Below, piece by piece: positions 13,390 through 25,580 of a stretch of 64,000 nucleotides of DNA. The notes below the pieces were generated by a model. That model had not been told where the DNA came from, searched no databases, and worked only from the letters and a program-made list of their open reading frames with translations. Each line of letters begins with the position of its first letter. Within the stretch, counting starts at the first letter, position 1. The translations under genes and the position numbers were made by a program. Origin of the DNA: Felis catus (Eukaryota); the NCBI RefSeq assembly GCF_018350175.1, contig NC_058368.1, positions 180,918,001 to 180,982,000 of the forward strand. Direction: 5' to 3'.

Positions 13390-13550
13390 GTTTGCATACC
13401 ATGCACCACAACACTCAACCTGATTTGTTCACACATCCTGCTCTCCTACTAGACTGTAAGCTACTTGAGGCTAGAGGCTTTATCTGATTCACTTTTTTAT
13501 TCTCAGTGTCCAGCCAGGGGCCTGGGCCAAAGCAGGTACTTAGGAAATTA
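13390..13550 (+). mobile_element. L2 3' end
   Basis: CTACTAGACTGTAAGCTACTTGAGG...AGCAGGTACTT. Confidence 0.7.
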
Positions 13551-13694
13551 ACTATAAGATAAAAAGACTAGAAAAGCACAATGAAGAAGAAACACTTAGA
13601 GGTGTATAAATCCATTAAAGTTCTTAACCCTAACTCAGTATGCCTTTCCTTTAAAAAACAAAGGAAAAAAATGGTCAAAGGATCATTCTCAAGC

Positions 13695-13908
13695 TTCTTA
13701 AAAAAATTTAATGGTTATTTATTTGTGAAAGAGAGGCAGAGGGTGAGTGGGGGAGGGGCAGAGACAGAGGGAGACACAGAATCCAAAGCAAGCTCCAGGC
13801 TTCCAGATGCTAGCACAGAGCCCGACGCGGGGCTCGAACTAGTGAATTGTGGTATCATGACCTGAGCTGAAGTTGGACACATAACTGATGGTGCCACCCA
13901 GGCGCCCC
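13695..13908 (-). mobile_element. Can-SINE (SINEC_Fc2-like)
   Basis: GAGACAGAGGGAGACACAGAATCC...CCACCCAGGCGCCCC; TSD CATTCTYAAGC. Confidence 0.95.
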
Positions 13909-14444
13909 CATTCTTAAGCAACTTGTAATTGGTTCACTATTCACTCTCTTGGGGAAAGTGGGAAATACCTGAACACACCTCACACTAATCGCCTCTTATA
14001 AAGTGTGCTAACAATGCAGTTGGTTCTGAATATTCCTATAAGGGTTTCACGTTCAGACAGGACCCATCTGCCCATTTGACAACAGACATTCTCAAACTGA
14101 AAATAAACAGAATACAGGCTATAATAAAAACCACAAGAACAGCCCAATGGGTTAAGGATGTCAAACTCCTTGGAATTTCCTTACTATGTAGGAGGAAAGA
14201 GGGCAGTTCTTGGAAAGAGGAGATATCTTGAAACCATTCCAATAAGATCTCCACAAGGAGTTCAAAGACCTACAGGTGGAGTCCCTAGCCCTTTGTAGCT
14301 ATGAGTGACACTCTGAAGATGTCTTGCTTACCCTTTATTTTCTAAAATGAGATTTATCATGGCATTACATCTAAGCTGTGAAGGTCTACTGTATGCAAAC
14401 TTGCTCTACCTGCCTTTGTGTCACTCTGATATCAGATCAGCTAG

Positions 14445-14545
14445 GTTCTAATTCAGGCTCTAATACTTTCTGGTTTCTTAACTTTTCTAAGCCTCAGTAT
14501 CCTCACTATAAAATGGGAATAGTTGTAATAACGGAGGATTAAGTA
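14445..14545 (+). mobile_element. MIR
   Basis: TCTAAGCCTCAGTATCCTCACTATAAAATGGGAATA core. Confidence 0.7.
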
Positions 14546-14551
14546 AAAACG

Positions 14552-14554
<3 letters not shown>

Positions 14555-14591
<37 letters not shown>
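14555..14591. repeat. (CA)n microsatellite
   Basis: Directly visible. Confidence 0.98.
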
Positions 14592-14593
<2 letters not shown>

Positions 14594-14664
14594 GAAGGTA
14601 GCCAGGTGTCTGATATAGTAAGAACTTACTACTATGACTACAATTAACTAATATCATATGTTAC

Positions 14665-14858
14665 CAGGGCTTCTTAAACTAGAATCCATGGGCCTACAGA
14701 GATTTATGAAATGGACAAACTAATGTCCATAAACTCCCTGAAATAATCTGTAAAATGTTTCACGTTTGTATATATTCTTTTTCTCTGGGCATACAGTCCA
14801 AAACTTTAATCAGATTCTCAATGTGGCCCATGGCTCATAAGTGGTAAAGAACCATGGT
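14665..14858. mobile_element. MER103-like hAT-Charlie element
   Basis: CAGGGCTTCTTAA start; ATCAGATTCTCAA...TAAAGAACCA end. Confidence 0.65.
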
Positions 14859-15629
14859 GTTGGGGATTTTAGTAGTCAGAGCGTGTCCTCAGCAAGCTGG
14901 CAAACCAGGAAAATAAGGCAGTTTCTCTAAGGCTCGTGTCTCACTCTGAGCATGATGTGTAGTTCTGGGACCTCCATTTTTAATTCCACACGACGGATGT
15001 TTGTTTATTTTCCTTCTTCCACCTCGAAACAGGAAATAGTATTTCAAATGCATTCCACCACAAGGATACTCAGACAGTTAATTTTCACCTCGAACACCCC
15101 CAAGATTTAAAAAAGTAAGAGAGCTTCAATCTACTGCTCCCAACCTGCCAAGCACAATGTTCTTAGCAGCAGCAAAAGTCAGTCTGAAAAAGCTCCTCTG
15201 TTTTTGATGGCTTTCTTTTGATGCTGTCAGCCTGGGTGACTGAATGAGCAAGGCAGAGGGGCAGAAACAACACTGGACCATGTGCTGCGAGCACTCAGGC
15301 ATGCTCTTGAACACTGTCTTAACCAGCTCCCCTACTTTGACCAAGTGGCTTCTACTCCAAGGTTCTTGGAGTCTTTATTGTCTGGTATGAGTTACACTGG
15401 ATCCTAATTTCCCAACATTTTACGTACAAGGACCCAGATTTAATATAGAAATTATTATGCTACGATGCCATTTTTTAAATCAATTGACTTAAAAAATACA
15501 CAAAAGAATTAGCCCCACTCTTTGAAAATTAAAAAAAGAAGATATTTTTCATCTGTCTATCCAGAGAGATGAAAAATGTAATTTGTTCTGGCTACAGACA
15601 GTCAATGGTGAGCATAGGAGTTCAAGGAC

Positions 15630-15930
15630 CCATTAAACAAGTATTTATTCAGTATTTATTAAATGTCAGTTACTTTAATATGGCTGAGGGGAGAGCATCA
15701 AACAAAAGCGGTTGCTGCCTTCATGGACATGATAGCAGTGACAGAGAAGGGAAGCGACAACTAAAAATACACAGATGTATAATTGTTTCAAATTGTGCTA
15801 ATACACAAAGGGTTACCTGGACAATGAAAGAGAAAGAAGGATGTGGGGAAGATTTTAGATAAAGGTGTCAGGGCCAGCAACTTAGCTGAGATCTGAGAGA
15901 TGGTGGTAGCTGACCCTTCAAGAGGCAGAA
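15630..15930 (-). mobile_element. L2 fragment
   Basis: AACAAGTATTTATT...CTGCCTTCATGGA...AGCTGAGATCTGA. Confidence 0.6.
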
Positions 15931-15974
15931 CTTTGTGGTGAAGAGAGGATCACCTCAGATCAGCAAGGCCTAGG

Positions 15975-16125
15975 GCAAGGCACTTAATCTCTCTCTGACT
16001 CATTTCCCCATTGGTAAAATGGGGATGATAATGGGACCTAGTCCATTAGGTTGCTACAAGGATTAAATTAGCTACTAATTAAAATTTGTTTAGGACAAAA
16101 CCAGGCAATGTACCAATGGGTTGTT
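15975..16125 (+). mobile_element. MIR
   Basis: GGGCAAGGCACTTAATCTCTCT..CATTTCCCCATTGGTAAAATGGGGATGATAAT. Confidence 0.8.
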
Positions 16126-17209
16126 GCAAAATAAGTATCATGGACAGGTAAAAGCATGTGCTAAGACCCTGAGGTGGAAAAGAGCTGGGTAGGGTGTGGC
16201 CCTTGGGTGGAGCATCAGTGAGAAGGTGGAGAAGCAGCAGGGAAGGGGGAAGTTGAATCCCAAGTTCAATGGGAAGAGAGTAGAGAGTTTTGTCATGTTC
16301 CCAGGGAAAACCTGAAGTTCATTCTTCAAAGTTAAAAAAATTATTGTTTCTGATTAACTTTTTGTATAGCAGATGATTCTATAATAGAGTTCCTCAAAGG
16401 GAACAGTTTCTTTAGGTAAGAAGTTTTAAATAAAGAACCCCTGTTTCATTCATGCTCATTAAACTATTTTCCCCCCACCTAGATCCCTGTAATAATAAAT
16501 ATAATTTAATGACTTAGGTTCCTTGAGCTGCAGGTGTTGGAATATTGTATTTATTAACATATTTTAAGCCCTTTAAAAAGACTGCATTAATTCCTATGAT
16601 AATTTAGTACCCATAATACATTCTCTGTTCTGAATAGATGTTAATCACCACAGAATGACTGATGTGACCGTGTACAAGCTAAGCCATGCTCTAACTAGTA
16701 GCTAGGCACTTTTAAATTCAATATTGTTACCGAAACTGTTGATTAAAATTTAGTTGCAATAATTGTGGAGGACTCAAACCAAGGCCAAACAATTGGATTC
16801 TCTGCCACTGAAGATGAATGAGATATTTCTGTTTGTGTTTCTAGTAATACTGCCCTTGGAAAAAAAAAAGTTTGGCTAATTCCAGTTACTCTGAACCACT
16901 GGGGTTTGTTAGCACTCTGATTAAAAGATCAGTAGGACGGTACTTCAGAGAAACATACACTAACCCCGAAACCAGCCTCGAGGCAGAGAGCAGGAATGCC
17001 CCCTTCTGGGTTGAGGATGGAAGGGGAGGGTCAATAATTGTGTGCCAATTTCCCCCTGGTGGGGTGAAGCATGCTCTGGCCTCTGCCACAACCCTGGTAC
17101 CCCAACAACCCCAACTGAAATTATTTTGGAAACAGAAGGAAAAACCCTATCGTGAAATTTGGACCAAGGAAATGAAATGATCAAGTTGAAAACAAAGGAA
17201 AGAACAAAT

Positions 17210-17400
17210 TGCATGTGCCAGGTTCTAAGATAAGGACTCTCCCGTGTATTATGTAACCACATAACCACCCTGTCAGGGAGGTACTACGGTGATTTCTCAT
17301 TTACCTGGAGTTCAGAGAACCTAAGTAACTCACTCAGAATCACACAGCTAGTAAGTGGCAGGGTGCCCAAGTCTGTTCTCTTACCTTTTGGCCACAGTGC
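17210..17400 (-). mobile_element. MIR
   Basis: ATGTGCCAGG...AAGTAACT...TCACACAGCTAGTAAGTGGCAG. Confidence 0.75.
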
Positions 17401-18264
17401 CTCTATAATTGATCAATCAGTAATTCAATGAATCATCCATGTAAGGAAGGACATTGAGAAGAATAATGAAATACATCATACAGTATTAGGTGTCAGAAAT
17501 ACTCTTATTTAAAACAAAAACCTAACAACTTTTCCCTTCTGGCTTAAAGGTTGGTGATGGGAAATAGTATTACTTGTATCTGTAGGGAAATCAATCTCTA
17601 TATGATTGGCTTCCTTCAGCAGAGTGTGTTGGGACAGAATCAAAGAATATATTGGCTTCTGTCCACCAGCATGCTCACAAAGGCACTGGCTTTGGGGGCA
17701 GAGGTGGAGAGGGCTGAACTGCTCTGCATAAATACAATGAGAGAAACACTTGAATTTTTGGCTGGTTTGGAAGAGAAAGATTCAGCAGGGAACTTGGCAG
17801 GGATCTGGGGCCCCAAGTGGATAGATCTTTACTGACTTTGCTTCCTTGAACAGCAGAGACTGTGTAAGAAATAAAGAGACCATCAGATATTTCAAGTTCT
17901 TTTTACTGCTGGCATATGAAACTCTTCCTTTTTCTCCAACATTCAGGGGAGTCTGCTTGGCATAGAGCTTTTGGGTGGGTGATTTCATTTGCTAGTTTGT
18001 GATTTGTTGTCTTCACATCCTGAGGGAAAGGGGCTGAGCCCCTGCGACTTGATCCGTGTGGAGAGAAAGGAACAGCACTAGGTTTGCTGGACTGTTAGAC
18101 CATCAGACCTGAGAGCTCTGGGGCAGCCTCACGAAGTAAAGGTGAGCCTCAGCACAGGAGCCCCCCAGACACACAGAAGTTGTGGCTGGATTGTGGAACA
18201 GGGGTTTAAGTAGATATCTTGGCCACAATTTTTTTTCTTTGTCCACATTAACATTATTCCCACA

Positions 18265-18487
18265 AGGGTGCCTGGGTGGCTCAGTCACTTGAGCACCGAC
18301 TCTTCCTTTCAGCTCAAGTCATGATCTCCCAGTTTCATGAGTTCGAGCCCTGCATCTGGCTCTGCACTGGCTGCCTAGAGCCTGTTTGGGATTCCCTCTC
18401 TCCCCCACTCTCTCTCTGCCCCTCCCCTGCTCACGCTGTCTCTATCTCTCTCAAGATAAATAAATAAACAGAAAAATTAAAAAAAAA
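18265..18487 (+). mobile_element. Can-SINE
   Basis: GGGTGCCTGGGTGGCTCAGTC head, CT tract, A-rich tail; TSD TATTCCCACA. Confidence 0.95.
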
Positions 18488-19173
18488 TATTCCCACAGAG
18501 TTGAGAAATATTAGCATCTTCAGACAGATAAGTTAGGGAAGTGAGCTCAGTCACTTCAGCAAATGGAAAATGCCTGGCAGTCTTACTCAAAAGTGGTGAG
18601 ACAGTCAGGGCCCAATCCCAGGGTTCCCACTGCCTGCCTGGAGCTTAACTCACAAGGAAATGCTGACAATTCAGGAGGGCAGAGCCCACAGGAAGGGGTG
18701 GATCCCTCTGACAAATCTTTCCTGGGAGGTGTTGCCCACAGACTCCTCTGGTGTAGCAGCAGCCCTTCCTGACCTAGGACTAGGTGAGAGGTGAGTGGTG
18801 GCAGAGCAAAGAAGGTCTAAAAGGTTATTGCCAGGCTCCCTTCCACCATCCCAAGTCAACACTAACTGGAGTCTGTGTTCTCCAAAGGTATGCCTGTGGA
18901 ACTCCGTAGGGTTTTCAAAGAGAAGGGGAAGCATATCTGCTGTTACTATAGGGTAGACCGTTAAATGACTGGTGAGGAAATTAAAAAATTAAGAGCAAGG
19001 AAAAAAGACCCCCAAATCATGTACTGCATTGGCTAGGCAAAAAGGCATTCATTAGCTGTGACAGACTAATTGTGTGTGTCTTTACTGAGTCGGTGTTTCA
19101 ACCTGCATTTCTGCTTCTACCTCCAGAAGCTGTGACTATATGAAAGAATCCAAACACACCCACCATTGTATAA

Positions 19174-19200
19174 ACACACACACACACACACACACACACA
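19174..19200. repeat. (CA)n microsatellite
   Basis: Directly visible. Confidence 0.97.
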
Positions 19201-19829
19201 TCCAGATGTAAACAAATATATGTATTTAATACCTCTTCCCAAAAGCAGATTTTCAAGTGAGGGTACTTGAAAATTGGAAAATTTGGGGGAAATTTTCTCT
19301 CCAAACACAGTCCATGCTTATGTAAAAGCTCCTCCAAAATCTTTTCTGATTTGAAGTTAGCCAGAGGAAGAAATCCCTTTACAGGGACCTGCTATCCATT
19401 TGCAAAGGTTGCAAGCTAGCAGCCCCCAGGCTCCATCTGGGACCTTCACATTTAATTGTTTGGTCCACACAGTGGCAGCCAGCACAATGTTTTCTCTAAG
19501 TCGAATTAGACATGGAAATTGGAGCTCTCACAGAAACCCATGCCCTGTTTTTTTGTTGTTGTTGTGTTTTTTTTTTTTCCGATGCCTGACCCTTGCCATC
19601 CATTTAGCCATGAATTGCCTGGCTGCCTTAGACTTCTGATAGGGTGGTGCAGATTGAAAGTATGGAAAGCCATTCACTGTGGAGGCTGTGTTAATTATTC
19701 TACTACAATCCTTTGCCTTCCTTGTGAACTAGCCTTCCTGGACTCAGCACCTGAAGTTCCCTGATCTGTCAACCATTTTTCTGGGTCCAGAAGGCTCTGT
19801 GCTCTGTCTTCCAGGGGAAACTTCCAGGT

Positions 19830-20110
19830 TCCTCTTTTGACCAAAAGCCTCAATGAAGCCTTTCCTGACCTGCTGTCTGAGACTAGCTGCCCGTTCCTCA
19901 GCACCCACCTGGTACCTGCAGCCATGGACAGGTTTTCCTTCCTCAGTCCCCACAGCACCCAAGACTATGCTTTACACATTTTTGTTAGCAGAAGTTTCCC
20001 ATTAGACAGGGCTCCTTCAAGATGAGAACCATGTCTCATTTGCTTTTTCTTCCAGGGCCTGTCAGAGTGCCAGACACATAGAGGGGGTGCTCCAGAGAAG
20101 CCTTTTGAAA
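19830..20110 (+). mobile_element. L2 fragment
   Basis: GAAGCCTTTCCTGACC...CCCATTAGAC..GCTCCTT...AGTGCCAGACACATAG. Confidence 0.6.
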
Positions 20111-22183
20111 TTAAGAGAGTTGATTGTCAACCTCCATCATTTCTGAGCCACCCACAGGTCAGGTTGGTGGTTAGAGAGGGGTCACAGAGACAGCAGGGTG
20201 ATTCTCCACCCCCCACCTCCACCAAAGAAAATAGCGCTCTCTAGAAGTCCAGGCCACTCTTTTGCACCACCCCCCCCCATTCCAGAATGCAACCTATAGG
20301 AGAGTTAAAAAATATTCAACTAAATAAAGTATCAGCTGCTACTTAGGATTGAGTTAAAACATTTTTTTTAAAGGTTAAAAAAGCTACTTGCTCTTCAGGT
20401 CAGTAACTGTCATAACGATTTTTCTCTTGCCATATGCTCCTCTGAATTGCATTAATATGACATCTCTCTTTCTGAAGCATCTGGTCTCAGCCACTTCAAG
20501 GCACACGAGGAAGCTGCACATTCAGACTGAGTATATAATAACACAGAGAGGTATTTGCACGCCTGCCATCACAAAATACTATGTTGTGTTTCATACAGCA
20601 TTCCAGAGATGGTGCAGGAGATAGTTCAAATGAATCGAGGCCGAATCTGGGGAACTTTTGTTTGCCTGTGTATTTTGTGTGTGTGTCTATAAATGCATGT
20701 GTCCACATATGTATACGTTTAATGAATTGGCAATCACCTGCATTGCTCAAACATAATTTCTTATTTCCTGTCAAAAAGATCTGAACATTTTAAGCATCAG
20801 ATGAAAAGAGTCCCACCAATCTGCCAAATATGGACAGAGAGGTCGGGCATATCTATATTTCAGCACTGTGAAATACAAAAAGGGAAAATTTTCCATCGCA
20901 AGCCAAAAGCAAAGTAGCACTCTTGCACAACATCCAACCACATTTTCCAGTCTAAGAAAAAAAACCTGGCGAGCGATGCAGGCTTCTCCTCCTCAGTGGT
21001 AATGATCTTTGTCACACTGATAGATTTACTTAAAATTTTCCAAATATCTCACCCCACTTTCTTAAATAGTTCATTAAAAAATCCAAATGGGTTTAATCAA
21101 GTTGACCACACAACACATGGTTCCAACATCCATTCTTTTCTTGTCCTGAAGATCCTGGTGCTTATTTTGTCAGAAGCACAAAAAGTAGAAATGCAATTCC
21201 GTTTGTGCTGATGCTAAATGTTAATAGATTTGCCTAAATGCCTGATAATAGTCCCCCTAAAATTAGCTAGACTAGTAGTGCATGCCTAATGTGCTGTTGT
21301 TTTTGTTGTTTTACTTGCTTTTTGCTTCTCCTGCTTTTATCAGAGGGAAAAAAGACCCCTAGAAAAAAGTCTACATCCTCGGTTGTGAAACATTTCCAGT
21401 GTCATATGTGAATTCTGCAGAAAGAACATATATTCTGAAACTATCCCACACTTCTGACATTCTGTCATGAAGGTGACAAATCCTAGTGCTCTAATGTTTC
21501 ATTAAATTAAACATGAAATGTTTAATGTTTTGTTAAATTAAACATGAAGCCGTGACTTTGCACCCGAGAACCACAGCCTTCTATCAATTCCTCACATTCC
21601 TCCAGGTCACTTCTTAGGTTATAAAAACTGAGTTTTGTTTATTAGAAGCATTTTATCTCTCTCTCAGTTAAAATGTACTTTCTTCTAATGCACTTATAAA
21701 TAAAAACTAACAGGCAACCCGTTTTGGGGGGGCACTTAAATTATTTCTAAACTCAGTCCTACAGAAAACAGCTGGCAGACGACCCTGTAGTTAATTGTCT
21801 ATTATAACTTTTTTCAAGCATTTGCAACCATGACTGAGAAGCTTCCAGAGAGCAGAGGTTTAGCATTTTCAATTGGGTCTCAAGCCCATTTCACAGATGG
21901 GCATGCTATAGCCCGAAGAATGAAAGGATTGCTAGACAACTGTTGATATAGATCCTTGGACTAAAGAAATCTCAATCCCCTTTTCCTTATCTGTGACAAT
22001 AGAAACTGACCAGGAAAACAAGGCAAAACAATTCTGGTCTGGGAGAGCATTTGCATAAACAGAGAGAAGGATGCTGGGCTCTAGTGACTGCTGAATACAG
22101 GTTTTGATGAAACCCTTCAAAGCAGCAGGTAAACAAAACCTGGGCACTGTAGGGAGATGATGAAATGGAGTGGAGGCAAACAG

Positions 22184-22252
22184 TAAAATAAAATAAAATA
22201 AAATAAAATAAAATAAAATAAAATAAAATAAAATAAAATAAAATAAAATAAA
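22184..22252. repeat. (TAAAA)n pentanucleotide repeat, about 14 units
   Basis: Directly visible and uninterrupted. Confidence 0.98.
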
Positions 22253-25200
22253 GTGCTTCTTTTTCACCAGTCCAGCCAGTTAAAAGTTCTAGAGTTCTTA
22301 GTATCACATCCAGAGGATCATACGACAGAATTTCCAAGTGTAATTTTATAAAAGGCATTAAGATGATACTTTTTTAAATGGATAACAAAGTCAACACTAT
22401 TATGTAGCCACCTAAAAGGGACAAAAAAATGCATGTGCTCCATGATGAAAGTGCCTGAATATTTTTACATTTTTCTTGTGATTTAAGTTGGTGAATGAGG
22501 CATCCAAATGAAGTCCCCCTAATTGTCACACCAGCCACAGCAGAAAGAACCATCCCTTAAGGGGTAAGCTGCACAGACCCTTCCAGTCATCAATACTCTT
22601 TCTGTGTCAACACATAGGTTCTTGGCACTGGCCCAAAACTATCAAACAGCCCGGATTTGCTAACAGGTCCTTGCTTAGAACGCCTGCTTGAGAACCCTTC
22701 TCCCAGCTAGTCCCCAACCCATAGGAACATAATTGATACTTACCATTCTGAAGCTTCATGTCTGTGAGGCAGACTAAATAAATTAAACTGATCCTGCTTT
22801 AATCTTCTTTTCTAGACCCCAAATGCCTTAATCAAAAGGAAAAACAAAAAAACAAATGTTCCCTGAGGTCCTTCTCTAAATCACCAGAGTATAAAAGCAA
22901 GGAATAGCTGTCTTTTTCACTGAGTGCCCAGAACCTGTCCCCTAGCATGAACAACAGAAGATTATTTCTAACACCCTTTTGGTTCCCTCCCCCAGCCATC
23001 TTTTCCTTCACTTGTATCGTCTGTGCCCCAGACAAGGCTTGAGTTACACTTTAAATCAAACTCTGGAAGAGACTTCCATTGGAAATTTGGCTTGGCAGAC
23101 CTCCTGTAAAAATCCCACGTAAAGACACATTTGTTTCCTCCCTGCAAATGAACTGTGGCATTTGTGGTCCCTCTTGTTCTCCCCAGTGCATACTTCGCCT
23201 TTAAATGAGCTTAAGCTGCAGGACTTCATTTGGGGTTAGCTGTCCCGCAAAGCTCATTTGGCTCTTACCATTAAGGCAAGAGGCTCTAAAAGGCTAGCAA
23301 GATGCTTTTAACAATGTTTGAGGGGCCAGTCATATCTTGTTAGCAACAGCTGCACACTTACCCGGCTCTCAGGGCCTTGCCGGAGCTGTCCTATTCCTTC
23401 TGGGATTAGGAAGGCAAAATGAAATTAACCAATCGTTAGCTGGAGCCACCCGAGCTGCACTAGATTCTCATTCTCCAAAAACCAAGTGAAGCAGCTTCCT
23501 CCAAAGTTACTCCTTCATCCACTTCTCCTAGCATACACAGCCCGCCAAGGCCCTGGCTGCTGTTTCAAAACGGCTACTCAATAAAAAGATTTTAAAGGCT
23601 GTGCCGGGAGCCGGGAGCTTCAGATCCCAGTTTGGCTTTTTCTCCATCAGCATTCCTCAGCAAGCCTGCACAAAGCGAGGTACGCTACATTATTTATGTC
23701 AGCTCTAGGCTCTGGAAAACACACACTGGCATCCTGATTACTAAGAATCCTCATGGATACAATTAAACCATTCCCACATATATACCCCCCCCCCCCTTCC
23801 CAGATTCAACCTCTTTCAGAGGAAACAGAAGCACTTTGATGCGTGTCCCAACTCATCTATTAGGAACCAAGAGAGCATTGAAATATGGCCATGATGGCAA
23901 ATGAGCCAGGGGGAAAGGACACTTTCCCTGGAGTGAGCAGATGACACTCCAGGGAGGAAAGCTCTGAGAATAGTTTGGGGCATGCCCTGCAAGTGACCGC
24001 CCTGGGTTGGAGGTACTGATATGGAAGCAGCCAAGCTGTGACACTACAAAAAAAAAAAAAAAAAAAAAAAAAAAAACAAAAAAAAAAACATTCTGATGAA
24101 TTCATGGAAGATTGATTTAGAATGGGCTGTTAAGGGAAGTAAGGCACATTTGGCAACATGACTAACCTTTCAAGCTGGATGTAGAGCAATCACGCTCACC
24201 CAACAAATGCTCCTTGGTGCCCCATCCAAGTCAGAGCACTAGATGGGAAGACCACTGATTTCACCAAGTAGAGCAATGACTCTGTCCCCACGTCTCCTCT
24301 TCAGCAAAATGAACAATTCTCCAAGTTGCAGTCCACCATTTCCCTTCTTGTCAGTAGCTCGACAACACATTATGAGCTGGGCATATTAGCCACAGGCAGG
24401 GAGAACAGTATGCTGGCACAGCAAAGGAAGGATGAGGACAGGAGCTTCCTCCTCTGTAGGAGTAGTGAGAAGGCTATGCAATTCCCCTGTTGTCTAGCTA
24501 CAAAGTCCCTGCTTGGCAGGCAGAGGTGACTTCACTTTGTGAAAGCCCCAGGCACCGCTTAATGAAACAACCTTTGGCAGGACCTCACAGTGAAGTCAGT
24601 TTATCTAGGCAAGAAGTCAGCTTGGGCAAAGTCAGTTGTCTCATCCAAGAACACAGAAAAGCAACCTGCTTCTCTCCAAAGGTGTCCTTTGAATGTACAC
24701 TCCTATGTTTGCCAGTTTTTTTTTAAAGTGATGGCCACTTCCAATGGCTTAGTCCATCCCAATTCAGACAACTTGGATGGAAAATTGGTGTCTGAGATAG
24801 AAAGTATGGTAGAGAACACAGTGTAGGTCAGTGGAATAGAGCCCAAAGGGGGCAAATACACCCTTTGATACACAGCAAAGGAAGAAATGGGAAATTTGCT
24901 CCAGTATGTGAAGGAGAACATCCCTCAGCAATAAACAGATGATAGGTAGCATAATAGAACACGCACATACACACACACACACAATCATTCACCAGCCGAG
25001 GCACCCAAAGATCTGATGAATGGAAAAGCAGATACAAATTGCCCTGTTGGAGGATTTCAAGCTGTAGTATTGGCTACTGAGACCCCAAATCCTGGGTCAT
25101 CTAGTCCACTGGCCCTTAAAGAGGCCTTGGCCACATGTGGGTACAAGTGTGCTCTCAGCTTAGGTGGTTCCACTCATTCTTGCCACTAAGGAATCCAATG

Positions 25201-25459
25201 CATGTTGTAATTTTTCCTGGAGAGGACTCAGAAGCAGCTAACTAGAGTGCCAAGAACAGAGATGATTCCTTGGGAGGAAGATGACTCAAGATTATCATTT
25301 ATTCTTCTAATAATGAAGCAATAATCAATTTAGAGGCTGACCTCAGACTAGAAATCTTAGTAAGGATCCCCTGGGGACCCCTCCTGTGGCCCTCCAGAGC
25401 TGCAAGGTGGGAAAAGCCTCAGGTTCTGCCAGTCATCTGTTCACCTGTGGACTGGTACA

Positions 25460-25580
25460 CACTGTTCAGCCTCCCTGAGCCTCAATTTTCTTAACTGGAA
25501 ACTATAGATAATGAGACTCACTTCTAAGATTTTGAGGATTCAGTCTGAAATATAAGGTACTTAATTCAGTGCCTGGCATC
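25460..25580 (+). mobile_element. MIR
   Basis: CCCTGAGCCTCAATTTTCT...CAGTGCCTGGCA. Confidence 0.6.

Noticed and set aside
13975..14097. Good-looking minus-strand acceptor (TTCTGTTTATTTTTCAG)
   Set aside because: No convincing reading frame or partner exon; such sites are common by chance
17052..17062. CCACCAGGGGG CTCF-like core on the minus strand
   Set aside because: It lacks the conserved C-R-C that follows the G run
21932..22358. ORFs with FYFIL repeats
   Set aside because: Translation of the (TTTTA)n microsatellite
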